From contig OZ242351.1 of assembly GCA_965208675.1 (NCBI GenBank), positions 864,001 to 928,000 on the forward strand: DNA of 64,000 nucleotides. Direction: 5' to 3'. Both the position numbers and the translations under genes were made by a program. Positions within the stretch are counted from its first letter, which is position 1, and every line of letters begins with the position of its first letter. The notes below the pieces were generated by a model. It was given only the letters and a program-made list of their open reading frames with translations, did no database searches and had not been told where the DNA came from. This DNA is from Candidatus Poribacteria bacterium (GTDB lineage: Bacteria; Poribacteria; WGA-4E; PCPOR2b). This document shows positions 62,003 through 64,000 of this stretch, piece after piece.

Positions 62003-64000
62003 CTAAGACAGTTCATTAAGCAGAGCCTTTGCCAGCTTGAGATCTGCAGTATCAAATCCCTCCTCGAACCAGCCGTAAACCTGGCTAAGCATGGTTCGAG
62101 CTTCCTCTTGTCTACCTTGCGTCTGCCACAGGCGGCTCAAACTTACTGCTGCCCGCAACTCTAAAGATTTTGCATTCTGCCGCCGCGCGATTTCGAAAGC
62201 TCGGCGGAAACACACCTCTGCATCTGATACGGCATCGCCTTCCAACAACAACAGTTCTCCTTTGATTCGATACAATTCGGCTTCAAATAAACGTTCGTCA
62301 CTATCGGACACTGCCACTAACGCATCATTCAGTACGGCATGTCCTTCTTTCGGCTTTCCCGCTTTCAAAAACGCTTCTGCCAACAGGGCTTGAAAATATG
62401 GGCGCAATATCTCCGCGCCGGTTGCACGCCAGTCCGCCAGCCCCTGTTGCATTTGTGCAATTCCCGCGGTTTCCATGCCCTGCTCGGATTGCGCCCAACC
62501 CTCGCCAAAGGTTCCTGCAGATGCCCAGAGCGTAAATCCTTGTTCAGTTGAAATCTTTTTCACGGCTTCCGCCTGCGCTTCGGCAGCTTCCACTTCACGC
62601 CGGCACTGATGGACCATTCCAGCGAAATACAACGCAACCGCCATGCTGAATGGGTGGTCAATTGATTTAGCAAGGACTAACACCTCATGAATTCTCCTAA
62701 AGGCCTGGTCCGGATAGCCGAGAACCCACAGTACCGCTCCTGAATAGGATAGACATGTGAGACGGGCATCCGCCAAATAATGGAAGAAAGTACGGGAACG
62801 GTGCTGTTGCGAGTCATAAAGTTTAATGCCCTTCTCTAAGTGTTCCTCAGAGGCAACCAAGTCTCCAAGATAACACAAAGTTGCCCCTAACGCCCGATAT
62901 GCTTCCAAAAGCAAAGCCCGGTCTTCAGTATGTTTAGCCAGATTTAGCAGTTGCTCTCCCAGCTCGCGCGCCGCCTGTAACTCCGCCCTTACCAAATGCG
63001 CCAACCACAGCCCGAACAGCACTGGGAAAAGTTGAGGAGTTTCACCCAACTCGTGGCAGAGCTCGCGTGCGCGAGTGTAAGCGTCTACCACTTCTGAAGC
63101 TGCATATCCTCTAGTGGCTATTAACGCCGGACCAAGGGTGGTTTGCAATTTGAGTTCATGCTGGGATTTTGCGGGACTATCCGGAAGGGCATTTAACAAC
63201 TCTAATCCTCTGGATACGTGACGAATTGCTTCTACGTTGGCTGACCGTTCAATGGCTCTCTGGCCTGCCCGCTGCCAATAGACTAACGCGTCATTGTCGA
63301 GGCTTGCTTCAGTGTAATGGTGAGCTAATACGCCAGGCTGAGTTTCGGCAACCTCCGGAAATTGCTCCGCCAGAACCTGTGCAATTTGCCGATGGTACTG
63401 CCCCCTTGCACTTTTGAGCAGTGAGTGATAAGCAGCCTCTCGAATAAGGGGGTGCTTGAAAAAATACAATCCCGATTGGTTGTGTTGCTGGTAACCGAGA
63501 AGCCCAGCGTCAACTAACCGAGATAATTCTTTGTGCAGCGTCTTATCGTCAAGCGGCGAGACCGCGCCGAGTACCTCGTCGGAAAACTGGCTTCCCATAA
63601 CAGCGCCTAGTTGCGCTAACTCTTTGGCTGTGCCGAGCTGATCTAACCGGGCGGTCAGCGAATCTTGCAGCGTCGTAGGAATTGCCAGCGACAAAAGCGG
63701 CTGCGTTAATTCATAACCCCCGTCCCGTTCCTGGAGGAGACCCGAATCTAAAACCATCTTGGTCAATTCTTCCACAAACAGAGGCACGCCATCCGTCTTC
63801 GAAACAATCTGTTTCATCACTTCGGACGGCAGCAATTTGCTCTTTGTGACGTGTTCAACCATGATTGCTACCTGTTTCCGAGTTAAGCGGTTTAGCGTAA
63901 TTGGTGTAACATACGGGCATGAAAGCCACGGCGGGCTAAAATCCGGGCGAAACGTCAGTAAGGTAAGCAGATTGGGAGTCGAACCTCGATCGACAATGAG
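62003..64000 (-). CDS. C-terminal part of a STAND-ATPase/TPR protein of the adenylate/guanylate cyclase-associated type (5' end outside window)
   Basis: Frame open to 64000 (LLTFRPDFSPPW); DGVPLFVEEL, IPTTLQDSLTARLD, FKHPLIREAAY, terminal GFDTADL-A-ALL. The cyclase domain itself is not visible. Confidence 0.88.
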   Translation of the reverse strand, partial: LIVDRGSTPNLLTLLTFRPDFSPPWLSCPYVTPITLNRLTRKQVAIMVEHVTKSKLLPSEVMKQIVSKTDGVPLFVEELTKMVLDSGLLQERDGGYELTQPLLSLAIPTTLQDSLTARLDQLGTAKELAQLGAVMGSQFSDEVLGAVSPLDDKTLHKELSRLVDAGLLGYQQHNQSGLYFFKHPLIREAAYHSLLKSARGQYHRQIAQVLAEQFPEVAETQPGVLAHHYTEASLDNDALVYWQRAGQRAIERSANVEAIRHVSRGLELLNALPDSPAKSQHELKLQTTLGPALIATRGYAASEVVDAYTRARELCHELGETPQLFPVLFGLWLAHLVRAELQAARELGEQLLNLAKHTEDRALLLEAYRALGATLCYLGDLVASEEHLEKGIKLYDSQQHRSRTFFHYLADARLTCLSYSGAVLWVLGYPDQAFRRIHEVLVLAKSIDHPFSMAVALYFAGMVHQCRREVEAAEAQAEAVKKISTEQGFTLWASAGTFGEGWAQSEQGMETAGIAQMQQGLADWRATGAEILRPYFQALLAEAFLKAGKPKEGHAVLNDALVAVSDSDERLFEAELYRIKGELLLLEGDAVSDAEVCFRRAFEIARRQNAKSLELRAAVSLSRLWQTQGRQEEARTMLSQVYGWFEEGFDTADLKLAKALLNELS

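Noticed and set aside
512-63513. Numerous short antisense or overlapping ORFs in the six-frame track
   Set aside because: They overlap well-supported genes on the opposite strand or in another frame and show no recognisable motifs.

Overview
A 64-kb bacterial chromosomal window, roughly 48% GC by eye, from a diderm organism. The gene mix (ECF-sigma/WD40 fusion, CRTAC1/ASPIC protein, PhyH dioxygenase, many TPR and lipoproteins) suggests Poribacteria or a PVC-like lineage, but that is inference. Most of it is housekeeping or metabolic: mqnD, dapB, tyrA-cmk-plsC, dsbD, glcD/E, dnaE, nth, gdhA, agcS, lptF/G, aroA, bdhA, a sarcosine-oxidase-like gene, an acyl-CoA ligase and a partial STAND/TPR cyclase-type gene. 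The strongest hidden signal is at 39737-42147, which the ORF track splits into three pieces. Joined together they form a bacterial homologue of animal selenoprotein N (SELENON), with an in-frame UGA in the motif WGALDDESC-U and a bacterial-type SECIS hairpin with a GGUC loop 24 nt downstream. An 887-bp IS5-family element has inserted exactly between the SelN domain and an extra C-terminal domain. Other notable items are an octaheme HAO-like cytochrome coupled to an internally duplicated His-containing membrane protein, a divergent RuBisCO-like protein with a sugar dehydrogenase, a candidate sRNA/uORF leader before dapB, an uncalled 37-aa basic protein, a decayed tandem MFS copy, tandem paralogue pairs and an ICMT-type methyltransferase in the lptFG operon. 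All family assignments come from motif recognition; no searches were run. I saw no rRNA, tRNA or CRISPR array.
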